64,000 nt of DNA from Takakia lepidozioides (taxonomy: Eukaryota; Plantae; Bryophyta), in assembly GCA_030704615.1 (NCBI GenBank), contig CM060734.1, positions 14,446,001 through 14,510,000 on the forward strand, in the 5' to 3' direction. The notes beneath the pieces are model-generated. The model was not told the origin of the DNA and made no database searches. It saw nothing but the letters and a program-made list of their open reading frames with translations. This document shows, one piece after another, positions 22,301 through 37,450 of this stretch. The position numbers and the translations under genes were made by a program. Position 1 is the stretch's first letter. Every line of letters begins with the position of its first letter.

Positions 22301-25300
22301 ACATGTGATACCAAACCAAAAGGGGGCAGGTATTGGGACTTAGGTAATGAAGTCTGGCAGGGTTTACCACCTGGTTTATATTCAGACAAAACATCTACCA
22401 GCAGCATATCATAATTGGGTATTTTTTATGGTGCTATAAAGAGCAAAGCCATAACCAGGAGAAACATAGAAAACATTTGAGCCAAAGAAGAACTAATTCT
22501 TATCGTAAGGTATCAAATCTGACATAAGGCATCGGCTACAGGGGACCGGCAAACAGGAGTAATGTGCAGTGACCGGAATCAGGTATTAGTGTACACGTCT
22601 ACCCAGCAAGCTGTCTACCGAGGCCTAGCTCAAAATTTCAGCATTCATAAGCCTATAGATGTTCTATGCTTTATCTCAGGTACCTTCAAGGATGCCTTAA
22701 TCTCCATGCCCAATTAGCCAACTATATTTTGCTGGAGAAGATCTTACCTTATGAAGGACTGCTTTCTTCTCTACCACTTTCTAATCAGTAAACCTGTTTT
22801 CGGCATGCTAAAAATGTCCTAGTCATGTACATCCATGTCATTCAGCTGTATTTTTGGTCACTTACATACCAAGGCATAACCAACCATCCTTAATTTATCG
22901 TTGGCCCCAACACTAGTATCAGTTTTGGTGTTTTTGGGGTGGATCAGTTGTATCATGGGACATAAACCAATGATGAGCAGTAAGTATCCATGTTCCAAAT
23001 AAAGATCCATTGCTCACTTTTTCACTTGCTGAAGTGTCTTTTTGTCTTAACGAAGCCATTTATGATCATAGAAGGCTTAATAACAAAATTAAGCTTTCTT
23101 TACATAAAGTAACATCAACCCAAAGCGGGTTACGGACTGATATTTGGCAGCTTATACAACAAGGGGTATAGCTGCCCTATTTTGCACATCACGTCACTTA
23201 TTGACACCATTTTTTTTTGCCCCCTGATCTGTTTTAGATCTGGGGCTGGTGTGTAATTCAATGACAGGGTAGAGTAATATTCCCACCTCTTTATTCCATG
23301 CCCACGACCAAGTTCAATGTCTGGGGTAGGGAAAATCATTTACCATAACATGCTGAATCGATTTACATGCCATGCAATCATACATAGGAACACAGGAATT
23401 CTGAATTGCTCATCCCTCAGCCTGCAGGTTACTTTGGGTATTATTTATCCTAAGCGACTTGAATACAAATGCCTGAATCATTCTCTTCGCATCTACCAAT
23501 GTCTTATAAATAACCGGTTTTGGAAAATAGGTAACATTCAAGGGCATATAACCAAGGACCATATTTGGCCACAAAAGATCCATCCATATCAGTTGGCATG
23601 GTATCAAGTGTCCTAGAGTAACCGGCTTCTAAAAGAGGGCTAAGTTTCCAATGCTTTTACATTCAATAACCTGTCTGGTCATGAAAAACAGGTCGCCCTA
23701 CATTGTAGCATGTTTACCCATACCATATAAATTCTTTAAAGCCATCAGCTTGTCATATCATTGCTCCATTGTCACATCAGTATGCCATAGGGAACAAGAG
23801 ATAGTCGCCCTAATGATTGTCCATAAAGTAACAATCGGGAAATCGTATATCAAACTTTTAGTGTTTACCCACCCCTTGTTTTGGGTAAAACCATGTGTCA
23901 CCAAACCAAAGGGGGCATGTATTGGGACTTAGGTAATGAAGTCTGGCAGGGGTTACCACCTGGTTATATTCAGACAAACATCTACCAGCAGCATATCATA
24001 ATTGGGTATTTTTTTATGGTGCTATAAAGAGCAAAGCCATAACCAGGAGAAACATAGAAACATTTGAGCCAAAATGGAACTCATTCTTATCGTAAGTATC
24101 TAAATCTGACATAAGGCATCGGCTACAGGGGACCGGCAAACAAGAGTAATGTGCATTGACCGGATCATGTATTAGGTGTAACACGTCTACTCCAGCAAGC
24201 TGTCTTACCGAGGCCCTAGCTCAAAATTTCAGCATTCATAAGCCCTATAGATGTTCTATGCTTATCTCAGGTACCTTCAGGATGCCTACTCTCCATGCCC
24301 AATTAGCCACATATTTTTGCTGGAGAAGATCTTACCTTATGAAGGACTTGCTTGCTCCACACCGTGGTCATGGCGGGAGAGGAGGCTGATATCTCATGGC
24401 TTTGGCCTTCCCATTGCCTTGGGTTCATCACTTCAATCAGGAACATATTTGATAACCTTTTGTCATGCTCAGACCAAGGTGTTAGTAAATCAAACATAAA
24501 AACTGAAAAACAGAAGGGAGATTGGTTGATATGTGTACAAGAACCACCAGTACACTGGTCTAAATCAGAGAGGGAAGATACTTATGTCTCGTCGAGACAT
24601 GGGTCATTGTAAAATGAACGACAAATCGGCCTCATTATCAACCATTCTTCATTCACAAGTCAGCTTTATATGACAAATCCCAGACTTCAAAGTCAACAAG
24701 AAGTCTCTCTGGGTGGGGGGGGGATCAGAGACTCGATTTACACCACTGTTCATAGCAGGAAACCGTTGTTCGGCATGCTAAAAAGTGCCATTCATGACAT
24801 GCCATGTCATTCAGTCTGTATTTTTTGGTCAGCTTACATACCAAGGCATAACCAACCATCCTAATTTATCGTTGGCCCAAAAACTAGTATGTTTTTGGGT
24901 TCTTTGTATCATGGGACATACCAAAGTGACTGAGCAGTAAGTATCCATGTCCAAATAAAGATCCATTGATCACTGTTCATGGCTGGAAATGTCTGTTTGT
25001 CTTAAAGAAGCCATTTATGATCATAGAAGGCTTAAGAACAAAATAAGAGCATTTCTTTACATAAAGAACATCACCAAAGCAGGTTACGGACTGATATGGC
25101 AGCTTATACAACAGGGGTAATCAGCTGCCCTATTTTGCACATCAATCACTTATTGACACCATGTTTTTTGCCCCCCTGATCTGTTTTAGATCTGGGGCTG
25201 GTGTGTAATTTCAATGACAGGGTAGAGTAATATTCCCACCTCTTATTCCATGCCCCAAGACCAAGTTTCTATGTCTGGGGTAGGGAAATCATTACCATAA

Positions 25301-28300
25301 CAGGCTGTAATCAGATTTACATGCCATGCAATCATCCATAGGAAACACAAAGAATCTGAATTGCTCATCCCATCAGGCCTGCAGGTTACTTTGGTATTAT
25401 TTATCCTAAAGCGACTTGAATACAATGCCTGAATCATTCTCTTCGCATCTACCAATGTCTTACCGTTTTGGAAAATAGGTAAACATTCAAGGGCATATAA
25501 CCAAGGACCAGATTTGGCCACAAAAGATCCATCCATATCAGTTTTGGCATGGTATCAAGTGTCCTAGAGTAACCGGCTTCTAAAAGAGGCTAAGTTTCCA
25601 ATGCTTGTACATTCAAGAACACTGTCTGGTCATGAAACAGGTCTGCCCTACATTGTAGCATGTTACCAAGATAAATTCTTTAAAGCCATCAGCTTGTCAT
25701 ATCATTGCTCCATTGTCACATCAGTATGCCATAGGGAACAAGAGATAGTCGCCCTAATGATTGTCATAAAGTAACAATCGGGAAATCTTATATATCAAAC
25801 TTTTAGTGTTTACCCACCCCTTTTTTGGGTAAAACATGTGTACAAACCAAAGGGGCAGGTATTGGGACTTAGGTAATGAAGTCTGGCAGGGTTTACCACC
25901 TGGTTATATTCAGACAAAACATCTACCAGCAGCATATCATAATTGGGTATTTTTTATGGGTGCTATAAAGAGCAAAGCCATAACCAGGAGAAACATAGAA
26001 ACATTTGAGCCAAAGAAATGGAACTCATTCTTATCGTAAGGTATCTAAATCTGACATAAGGCATCGGCTACAGGGGACCGGCAAACAAGAGTAATGTGCA
26101 TTGACCGGATCATGTATTAGGTGTACACGTCTACTCCAGCAAGCTGTCTTACCGAGGCCTAGCTCAAAATTTCAGCATTCATAAGCCCTATAGATGTTCT
26201 ATGCTTATCTCAGGTACCTTCAAGGATGCCTTACTCTCCATGCCCAATTAGCCAACATATTTTTGCTGGAGAAGATCTTACCTTATGAAGGACTTGCTTG
26301 CTCCACACCGTGGTCATGGCGGGAGAGGAGGCTGATATCTCATGGCTTTGGCCTTCCCATTGCCTTGGGTTCATCACTTCAATCAGGAACATATTTGATA
26401 ACCTTTTGTCATGCTCAGACCAAGGTGTTAGTAAATCAAACATAAAACTGAAAACAGAAGGGAGATTGGTTGATAATGTGTACAAGAACCACCAAGTACA
26501 CTGGTCTAAATCAGAGAGGGAAGATACTTATGTCTCGTCGAGACATGGGTCATTGTAAAATGAACGACAAATCGGCCTCATTATCAACCATTCTTCATTC
26601 ACAAGTCAGCTTTATGACAAATCCCAGACTTCAAAGTCAACGAGTCTCTGGGTGGGGGGATCAGAGACTCGATTACCACTGTTCATAGCAGGAAACCGTT
26701 GTTCGGCATGCTAAAAAGTGCCATTCATGACATGCCATGTCATTCAGTCTGTATTTTTTGGTCAGCTTACATACCAAGGCATAACCAACCATCCTAATTT
26801 ATCGTTGGCCCAAAACTAGTATAGTTTTGGGTTCTTTGTATCATGGGACATACCAAAGTGACTGAGCAGTAAGTATCCATGTCCAAATAAAGATCCATTG
26901 ATCACTGTTCATGGCTGGAAATGTCTGTTTGTCTTAAAGAAGCCATTTATGATCATAGAAGGCTTAAGAACAAAATAAGAGCATTTCTTTACATAAAGAA
27001 CATCACCAAAGCAGGGTTACGGACTGATATTTGGCAGCTTATACAACAGGGGGTAATCAGCTGCCCTATTTTGCACATCAAGTCACTTATTGACACCATG
27101 TTTTTTGCCCCCTGATCTGTTTTAGATCTGGGGCTGGTGTGTAATTTCAATGACAGGGTAGAGTAATATTCCCACCTCTTATTCCATGCCCCAAGACCAA
27201 GTTCTATGTCTGGGGTAGGGAACATTTACCATAACAGGCTGTAATCAGATTTACATGCCATGCAATCATCCATAGGAACACAAAGAATCTGAATTGCTCA
27301 TCCCATCAGGCCTGCAGGTTACTTTGGTATTATTTATCCTAAAGCGACTTGAATACAATGCCTGAATCATTCTCTTCGCATCTACCAATGTCTTACCGTT
27401 TTGGAAAATAGGTAAACATTCAGGGCATATAACCAAGGACCAGATTTGGCCACAAAAGATCCATCCATATCAGTTTTGGCATGGTATCAAGTGTCCTAGA
27501 GTAACCGGCTTCTAAAAGAGGCTAAGTTTCCAATGCTTGTACATTCAAGAACACTGTCTGGTCATGAAAACAGGTCTGCCCTACATTGTAGCATGTTACC
27601 AGATAAATTCTTTAAAGCCATCAGCTTGTCATATCATTGCTCCATTGTCACATCAGTATGCCATAGGGAACAAGAGATAGTCGCCCTAATGATTGTCATA
27701 AAGTAACAATCGGGAAATCTTATATCAAACTTTTAGTGTTTACCCACCCCTTGTTTTGGGTAAAACATGTGTACAAACCAAAGGGGGCAGGTATTGGGAC
27801 TTAGGTAATGAAGTCTGGCAGGGGTTTACCACCTGGTTATATTCAGACAAAACATCTACCAGCAGCATATCATAATTGGGTATTTTTTTTATGGTGCTAT
27901 AAAGAGCAAAGCCATAACCAGGAGAAACATAGAAACATTTGAGCCAAAGAAATGGAACTCATTCTTATCGTAAGGTATCTAAATCTGACATAAGGCATCG
28001 GCTACAGGGGACCGGCAAACAAGAGTAATGTGCATTGACCGGATCATGTATTAGGTGTACACGTCTACTCCAGCAAGCTGTCTTACCGAGGCCTAGCTCA
28101 AAATTTCAGCATTCATAAGCCCTATAGATGTTCTATGCTTATCTCAGGTACCTTCAAGGATGCCTTACTCTCCATGCCCAATTAGCCAACATATTTTTGC
28201 TGGAGAAGATCTTACCTTATGAAGGACTTGCTTGCTCCACACCGTGGTCATGGCGGGAGAGGAGGCTGATATCTCATGGCTTTGGCCTTCCCATTGCCTT

Positions 28301-31300
28301 GGGTTCATCACTTCAATCGGACATATTTGATAACCTTTTTTTTGTCATGCTCAGACCAAGGTGTTAGTAAATCAAACATAAAACTGAAAAAAGAAGGGAG
28401 ATTGGTTGATAATGTGTACAAGAACCACCAAGTACACTGGTCTAAATCAGAGAGGGAAGATACTTATGTCTCGTCGAGACATGGGTCATTGTAAAATGAA
28501 CGACAAATCGGCCTCATTATCAACCATTCTTCATTCACAAGTCAGCTTTATGACAAATCCCAGACTTCAAAGTCAACGAAGTCTCTGGGTGGGGGGGATC
28601 AGAGACTCGATTACCACTGTTCATAGCAGGAAACCGTTGTTCGGCATGCTAAAAAGTGCCATTCATGACATGCCATGTCATTCAGTCTGTATTTTTTGGT
28701 CAGCTTACATACCAAGGCATAACCAACCATCCTAATTTATCGTTGGCCCAAAAACTAGTATAGTTTTGGGTTCTTTGTATCATGGGACATACCAAAGTGA
28801 CTGAGCAGTAAGTATCCATGTCCAAATAAAGATCCATTGATCACTGTTCATGGCTGGAAATGTCTGTTTGTCTTAAAGAAGCCATTTATGATCATAGAAG
28901 GCTTAAGAACAAATAAGAGCATTTCTTTACATAAAGAACATCACCAAAGCAGGTTACGGACTGATATTTGGCAGCTTATACAACAGGGGTAATCAGCTGC
29001 CCTATTTTGCACATCAAGTCACTTATTGACACCATGTTTTTTGCCCCTGATCTGTTTTAGATCTGGGGCTGGTGTGTAATTTCAATGACAGGGTAGAGTA
29101 ATATTCCCACCTCTTATTCCATGCCCCAAGACCAAGTTCTATGTCTGGGGTAGGGAAATCATTACCATAACAGGCTGTAATCAGATTTACATGCCATGCA
29201 ATCATCCATAGGAAACACAAGAATCTGAATTGCTCATCCCATCAGGCCTGCAGGTTACTTTGGTATTATTTATCCTAAAGCGACTTGAATACAATGCCTG
29301 AATCATTCTCTTCGCATCTACCAATGTCTTACCGTTTTGGAAAATAGGTAAACATTCAAGGGCATATAACCAAGGACCAGATTTGGCCACAAAAGATCCA
29401 TCCATATCAGTTTGGCATGGTATCAAGTGTCCTAGAGTAACCGGCTTCTAAAAGAGGCTAAGTTTCCAATGCTTGTACATTCAAGAACACTGTCTGGTCA
29501 TGAAAACAGGTCTGCCTACATTGTAGCATGTTACCAGATAAATTCTTTAAAGCCATCAGCTTGTCATATATCATTGCTCCATTGTCACATCAGTATGCCA
29601 TAGGGAACAAGAGATAGTCGCCCTAATGATTGTCATAAAGTAACAATCGGGAAATCTTATATCAAACTTTTAGTGTTTACCCACCCCCTTGTTTTGGTAA
29701 AACATGTGTACCAAACCAAAGGGGGCAGGTATTGGGACTTAGGTAATGAAGTCTGGCAGGGGTTTACCACCTGGTTATATTCAGACAAAACATCTACCAG
29801 CAGCATATCATAATTGGGTATTTTTTTTATGGTGCTATAAAGAGAGCAAAGCCATAACCAGGAGAACATAGAAACATTTGAGCCAAAGAAATGGAACTCA
29901 TTCTTATCGTAAGGTATCTAAATCTGACATAAGGCATCGGCTACAGGGGACACAAACAAGAGTAATGTGCATTGACCGGATCATGTATTAGGTGTACACG
30001 TCTACTCCAGCAAGCTGTCTTACCGAGGCCTAGCTCAAAATTTCAGCATTCATAAGCCCTATAGATGTTCTATGCTTATCTCAGGTACCTCAAGGATGCC
30101 TTACTCTCCATGCCCAATTAGCCAACATATTTTTGCTGGAGAAGATCTTACCTTATGAAGGACTTGCTTGCTCCACACCGTGGTCATGGCGGGAGAGGAG
30201 GCTGATATCTCATGGCTTTGGCCTTCCCATTGCCTTGGGTTCATCACTTCAATCAGGAACATATTTGATAACCTTTTGTCATGCTCAGACCAAGGTGTTA
30301 GTAAATCAAACATAAAACTGAAAAACAGAAGGGAGATTGGTTGATAATGTGTACAAGAACCACCAAGTACACTGGTCTAAATCAGAGAGGGAAGATACTT
30401 ATGTCTCGTCGAGACGACAAAGACCTGGGTCATTGTAAATGAACGACAAATCGGCCTCATTATCACCATTCTTCTTCATTCACAAGTCAGCTTTATGACA
30501 AATCCCAGACTTCAAAGTCAACGAAGTCTCTGGGTGGGGGGAAAATCAGAGACTCGATTACCACTGTTCATAGCAGGAAACCGTTGTTCGGCATGCTAAA
30601 AAGTGCCATTCATGACATGCCATGTCATTCAGTCTGTATTTTTTTGGTCAGCTTACATACCAAGGCATAACCAACCATCCTAATTTATCGTTGGCCCAAA
30701 AAACTAGTATAGTTTTGGGTTCTTTGTATCATGGGACATACCAAAGTGACTGAGCAGTAAGTATCCATGTCCAAATAAAGATCCATTGATCACTGTTCAT
30801 GGCTGGAAATGTCTGTTTGTCTTAAAGAAGCCATTTATGATCATAGAAGGCTTAAGAACAAAATAAGAGCATTTTCTTTACATAAAGAACATCACCAAAG
30901 CAGGGTTACGGACTGATATTTGGCAGCTTATACAACAGGGGGTAATCAGCTGCCCTATTTTGCACATCAAGTCACTTATTGACACCATGTTTTTTGCCCC
31001 TGATCTGTTTTAGATCTGGGGCTGGTGTGTAATTTCAATGACAGGGTAGAGTAATATTCCCACCCCTCTTATTCCATGCCCCAAGACCAAGTTCTATGTC
31101 TGGGGTAGGGAAATCATTACCATAACAGGCTGTAATCAGATTTACATGCCATGCAATCATCCATAGGAAACACAAAGAATCTGAATTGCTCATCCCATCA
31201 GGCCTGCAGGTTACTTTGGTATTATTTATCCTAAAGCGACTTGAATACAATGCCTGAATCATTCTCTTCGCATCTACCAATGTCTTACCGTTTTGGAAAA

Positions 31301-34300
31301 TAGGTAAACATTCAAGGGCATATAACCAAGGACCAGATTTGGCCACAAAAGATCCATCCATATCAGTTTGGCATGGTATCAAGTGTCCTAGAGTAGGTAC
31401 CTTCAGGTACCTTCCAAGGATGCCTTACGCTCCATGCCCAATTAGCAAACATATTTTTGTCTGGAGAAGATCTTACCTTATGAAGTACTTGCTTGCTCCA
31501 CGCCTTGGTCATGGCGGGAGAGGAGGCTGATATCTCTCATGGCTTTGGCCTTCCCATTGCCTTGGGTTCAATCACTTCATCAGGAACATATTTGATACCC
31601 TTTTGTCATGCTCAGAACCAAGGTGTTAGTAATCAAACATAAAACTGAAAAACAGAATGGAGATTGGTATAATGTGTACAAGAACCACCAAGTATCAACT
31701 GGTCTAAATAGAGAGGGAAATACTTATGTCTCGTCGCTACAATGGGTCATTGTAAATGAACGACAAATCGGCCTCATTATCAACCATTCTTCATTCACAA
31801 GTCAGCTTTATGACAAATCCCAGACTTCAAAGTCAACGAAGTCTCTGGTGGGGGGGAATCAGAGACTCGATTACCACTGTTCATAGGCAGGAAACCGTTG
31901 TTCGGCTGCTAAAACGTGCCATTCGTGACATGCCATGTCATTCAGTCTGTATTTTTTTGGTCGCTTACATACCAAGGCATACCCAACCATCCTAATTAAT
32001 CGTTGCCCCAAAAACTAGTAATAGTTTGGGTTCTTTGTATCATGGGAACATACCAAGTGACTGAGCAGTAAGTATCCATGTCCAAAATAAGATCCATTGA
32101 TCACTGTTACGGCTGGAAATGTCTGTTTGTCTTAAAGAAGCCATTTATGATCATAGAAGGCTTAAGAACAAAATAAGAGCATTTCTTTACATAAAGAACA
32201 TCACCAAAGCAGGGTTACGGACTGATATTTGGCAGCTTATACAACAGGGGGTAATCAGCTGCCCTATTTTGCACATCAATTCACTTATTGACACCATGTT
32301 TTTTTGCCCCCTGATCTGTTTTAGATCTGGGGCTGGTGTGTAATTTCAATGACAGGGTAGAGTAATATTCCCACCTCTTATTCCATGCCCCAAGACCAAG
32401 TTCTATGTCTGGGGTAGGGAAATCATTACCATAACAGGCTGTAATCAGATTTACATGCCATGCAATCATCCATAGGAAACACAGAGAATCTGAATTGCTC
32501 ATCCCATCAGGCCTGCAGGTTACTTTGGTATTATTTATCCTAAAGCGACTTGAATACAATGCCTGAATCATTCTCTTCGCATCTACCAATGTCTTACCGT
32601 TTTGGAAAATAGGTAAACATTCAAGGGCATATAACCAAGGACCAGATTTGGCCACAAAAGATCCATCCATATCAGTTTGGCATGGTATCAAGTGTCCTAG
32701 AGTAACCGGCTTCTAAAAGAGGCTAAGTTTCCAATGCTTGTACATTCAAGAACACTGTCTGGTCATGAAAACAGGTCTGCCCTACATTGTAGCATGTTAC
32801 CAGATAAATTCTTTAAAGCCATCAGCTTGTCATATCATTGCTCCATTGTCACATCAGTATGCCATAGGGAACAAGAGATAGTCGCCCTAATGATTGTCAT
32901 AAGTAACAATCGGGAAATCTTATATCAAACTTTTAGTGTTTACCCACCCCTTGTTTTGGGTAAAACATGTGTACCAAACCAAAGGGGGCAGGTATTGGGA
33001 CTTAGGTAATGAAGTCTGGCAGGGGTTTACCACCTGGTTATATTCAGACAAAACATCTACCAGCAGCATATCATAATTGGGTATTTTTTTATGGTGCTAT
33101 AAAGAGCAAAGCCATAACCAGGAGAAACATAGAAACATTTGAGCCAAAGAAATGGAACTCATTCTTATCGTAAGGTATCTAAATCTGACATAAGGCATCG
33201 GCTACAGGGGACCGGCAAACAAGAGTAATGTGCATTGACCGGATCATGTATTAGGTGTACACGTCTACTCCAGCAAGCTGTCTTACCGAGGCCTAGCTCA
33301 AAATTTCAGCATTCATAAGCCCTATAGATGTTCTATGCTTATCTCAGGTACCTTCAAGGATGCCTTACTCTCCATGCCCAATTAGCCAACATATTTTTGC
33401 TGGAGAAGATCTTACCTTATGAAGGACTTGCTTGCTCCACGCCGTGGTCATGGCGGGAGAGGAGGCTGATATCTCATGGCTTTGGCCTTCCCATTGCCTT
33501 GGGTTCATCACTTCAATCGGGAACATATTTGATAACCTTTTGTCATGCTCAGACCAAGGTGTTAGTAAATCAAACATAAAACTGAAAAACAGAAGGGAGA
33601 TTGGTTGATAATGTGTACAAGAACCACCAAGTACACTGGTCTAAATCAGAGAGGGAAGATACTTATGTCTCGTCGAGACATGGGTCATTGTAAAATGAAC
33701 GACAAATCGGCCTCATTATCAACCATTCTTCATTCACAAGTCAGCTTTATGACAAATCCCAGACTTCAAAGTCAACGAAGTCTCTGGGTGGGGGGATCAG
33801 AGACTCGATTACCACTGTTCATAGCAGGAAACCGTTGTTCGGCATGCTAAAAAGTGCCATTCATGACATGCCATGTCATTCAGTCTGTATTTTTTGGTCA
33901 GCTTACATACCAAGGCATAACCAACCATCCTAATTTATCGTTGGCCCAAAAACTAGTATAGTTTTGGGTTCTTTGTATCATGGGACATACCAAAGTGACT
34001 GAGCAGTAAGTATCCATGTCCAAATAAAGATCCATTGATCACTGTTCACGGCTGGAAATGTCTGTTTGTCTCAAAGAAGCCATTTATGATCATAGAAGGC
34101 TTAAGAACAAAATAAGAGCATTTCTTTACATAAAGAACATCACCAAAGCAGGGTTACGGACTGATATTTGGCAGCTTATACAACAGGGGGTAATCAGCTG
34201 CCCTATTTTGCACATCAAGTCACTTATTGACACCATGTTTTTTGCCCCCTGATCTGTTTTAGATCTGGGGCTGGTGTGAAATTTCAATGACAGGGTAGAG

Positions 34301-36447
34301 TAATATTCCCACCTCTTATTCCATGCCCCAAGACCAAGTTCTATGTCTGGGGTAGGGAAATCATTACCATAACAGGCTGTAATCAGATTTACATGCCATG
34401 CAATCATCCATAGGAAACACAGAGAATCTGAATTGCTCATCCCATCAGGCCTGCAGGTTACTTTGGTATTATTTATCCTAAAGCGACTTGAATACAATGC
34501 CTGAATCATTCTCTTCGCATCTACCAATGTCTTACCGTTTTGGAAAATAGGTAAACATTCAAGGGCATATAACCAAGGACCAGATTTGGCCACAAAAGAT
34601 CCATCCATATCAGTTTGGCATGGTATCAAGTGTCCTAGAGTAACCGGCTTCTAAAAGAGGCTAAGTTTCCAATGCTTGTACATTCAAGAACACTGTCTGG
34701 TCATGAAAACAGGTCTGCCCTACATTGTAGCATGTTACCAGATAAATTCTTTAAAGCCATCAGCTTGTCATATCATTGCTCCATTGTCACATCAGTATGC
34801 CATAGGGAACAAGAGATAGTCGCCCTAATGATTGTCATAAAGTAACAATCGGGAAATCTTATATCAAACTTTTAGTGTTTACCCACCCCTTGTTTTGGGT
34901 AAAACATGTGTACCAAACCAAAGGGGGCAGGTATTGGGACTTAGGTAATGAAGTCTGGCAGGGGTTTACCACCTGGTTATATTCAGACAAAACATCTACC
35001 AGCAGCATATCATAATTGGGTATTTTTTTATGGTGCTATAAAGAGCAAAGCCATAACCAGGAGAAACATAGAAACATTTGAGCCAAAGAAATGGAACTCA
35101 TTCTTATCGTAAGGTATCTAAATCTGACATAAGGCATCGGCTACAGGGGACCGGCAAACAAGAGTAATGTGCATTGACCGGATCATGTATTAGGTGTACA
35201 CGTCTACTCCAGCAAGCTGTCTTACCGAGGCCTAGCTCAAAATTTCAGCATTCATAAGCCCTATAGATGTTCTATGCTTATCTCAGGTACCTTCAAGGAT
35301 GCCTTACTCTCCATGCCCAATTAGCCAACATATTTTTGCTGGAGAAGATCTTACCTTATGAAGGACTTGCTTGCTCCACACCGTGGTCATGGCGGGAGAG
35401 GAGGCTGATATCTCATGGCTTTGGCCTTCCCATTGCCTTGGGTTCATCACTTCAATCGGGAACATATTTGATAACCTTTTGTCATGCTCAGACCAAGGTG
35501 TTAGTAAATCAAACATAAAACTGAAAAACAGAAGGGAGATTGGTTGATAATGTGTACAAGAACCACCAAGTACACTGGTCTAAATCAGAGAGGGAAGATA
35601 CTTATGTCTCGTCGAGACATGGGTCATTGTAAAATGAACGACAAATCGGCCTCATTATCAACCATTCTTCATTCACAAGTCAGCTTTATGACAAATCCCA
35701 GACTTCAAAGTCAACGAAGTCTCTGGGTGGGGGGGATCAGAGACTCGATTACCACTGTTCATAGCAGGAAACCGTTGTTCGGCATGCTAAAAGTGCCATT
35801 CGTGACATGCCATGTCATTCAGTCTGTATTTTTTGGTCAGCTTACATACCAAGGCATAACCAACCATCCTAATTTATCGTTGGCCCAAAAACTAGTATTT
35901 TTGGGTTCTTTGTATCATGGGACATACCAAAGTGACTGAGCAGTAAGTATCCATGTCCAAATAAAGATCCATTGATCACTGTTCATGGCTGGAAATGTCT
36001 GTTTGTCTTAAGAAGCCATTTATGATCATAGAAGGCTTAAGAACAAAATAAGAGCATTTCTTTACATAAAGAACATCACCAAAGCAGGGTTACGGACTGA
36101 TATTTGGCAGCTTATACAACAGGGGGTAATCAGCTGCCCTATTTTGCACATCAAGTCACTTATTGACACCATGTTTTTTGCCCCCTGATCTGTTTTAGAT
36201 CTGGGGCTGGTGTGTAATTTCAATGACAGGGTAGAGTAATATTCCCACCTCTTATTCCATGCCCCAAGACCAAGTTCTATGTCTGGGGTAGGGAAATCAT
36301 TACCATAACAGGCTGTAATCAGATTTACATGCCATGCAATCATCCATAGGAAACACAAAGAATCTGAATTGCTCATCCCATCAGGCCTGCAGGTTACTTT
36401 GGTATTATTTATCCTAAAGCGACTTGAATACAATGCCTGAATCATTC
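22301..36447. repeat. ~1.94-kb tandem macrosatellite, subfamily B (~7.5 units, two internally deleted)
   Basis: Anchors at 22621, 24211, 26155, 28089, 30026, 33289 and 35228. Deletion junctions near 22765 and 31394. Diagnostic variants versus A include CATTCATAAG, AGACATGGGTC and GGGGATCAGAGACTCGA. Confidence 0.97.
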
Positions 36448-37250
36448 GGCTGTTTGTTTAGTGATGGCATATGCAATTTTTTTGGCGTGTCTTCCAATCT
36501 TGGAGAGGGAGGCGGTCCACTAGGGGAGAGCAAGCGGGTTTGAGGGGGGAGGCATTAGTGGTTGGCAAATTGGTAGGGTGTTCAAAGCAGTAATACGTGG
36601 GTCGACCTGCCAATTGTTGTATGAGGGGTTGGGCGAGTAGGAGTGATGGAGAGGGCACACCTAATGGAGTGATAGATGTTGAGGTGTTGAGTCCATTCGT
36701 GTTTTTGGGTGTGAGTGAGATAGCCACCATTTTGTTTGGATCGAGTAATTTGTGGAAGATCAGGGGGGAGGAGCACGTAGCGAGGACGTTTTTTGTCATT
36801 TCTTGCATAGTGACAGTAAGTACGTTTTCAGTTATGGCCCAGGCCTCGGTGAGGGGAAGGTTGCCTCCCTGCCTGGAGTAGTGGTGGTCAGCTGGGATAT
36901 ATTGAGTTGTAGAGTCTGTGTGAATTGGGACCATTAATGGTCAATTGGGGATGGGGGTATGTGAACGCCATCGGATGAGTGCCCGGTCATAGCGATATCT
37001 TTGTTGAAGTTGCCTGCGAGGATGACATGGTGCTGCTGATAGTCCGTATGGGCAAGTGTATTGGTTATGGCGTGTAGTATGTCTGGTATAAGGGGGAGGT
37101 CTTCCGGATGGGAAGGCATGTACAGGTGAGGATGATCGGGCATAAAGAGGGGGGGTGCAGTTGTATAATTTGAAGATGAGATCGGAGCGGGAGAGGTATG
37201 GTGATTTTGTTAGTGGTGCTAGGGGAATGGGAATTTTTTTGAGGTGAGGT
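36448..37250 (-). pseudogene. Degenerate LINE (non-LTR) ORF2 fragment, APE endonuclease-like
   Basis: LYMPS...HHVILAGNFNKDI resembles the APE endonuclease (I)LAGDFN motif. C/A-rich coding strand; broken frames. Confidence 0.55.
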
Positions 37251-37264
37251 GGGGACGACGCTAC

Positions 37265-37450
37265 CGCGTGAGCGTCGCGCATGAGCGTGTGAGCGTACGC
37301 TCACGCAATGGTGACGTGGCGTGAGCGTAGGGTCACTCTGACATGGCATTAGCCTGCTGATGTGGCAGTCGAGAACATGACGTGGCATTTGGACAACGTA
37401 GCGGACGCCATGTCAACAGAAACATATTGCGCCTATAGCTGAGGTGCTAT
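37265..37450 (+). promoter_or_regulatory. TGACGTGGC-rich module related to 8960-9160
   Basis: GTGAGCGTACGCTCAC palindrome, repeated TGACGTGGC/TGACATGGC, ending GCGCCTATAG...CTATAGCCGTGGCATT. Confidence 0.4.
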
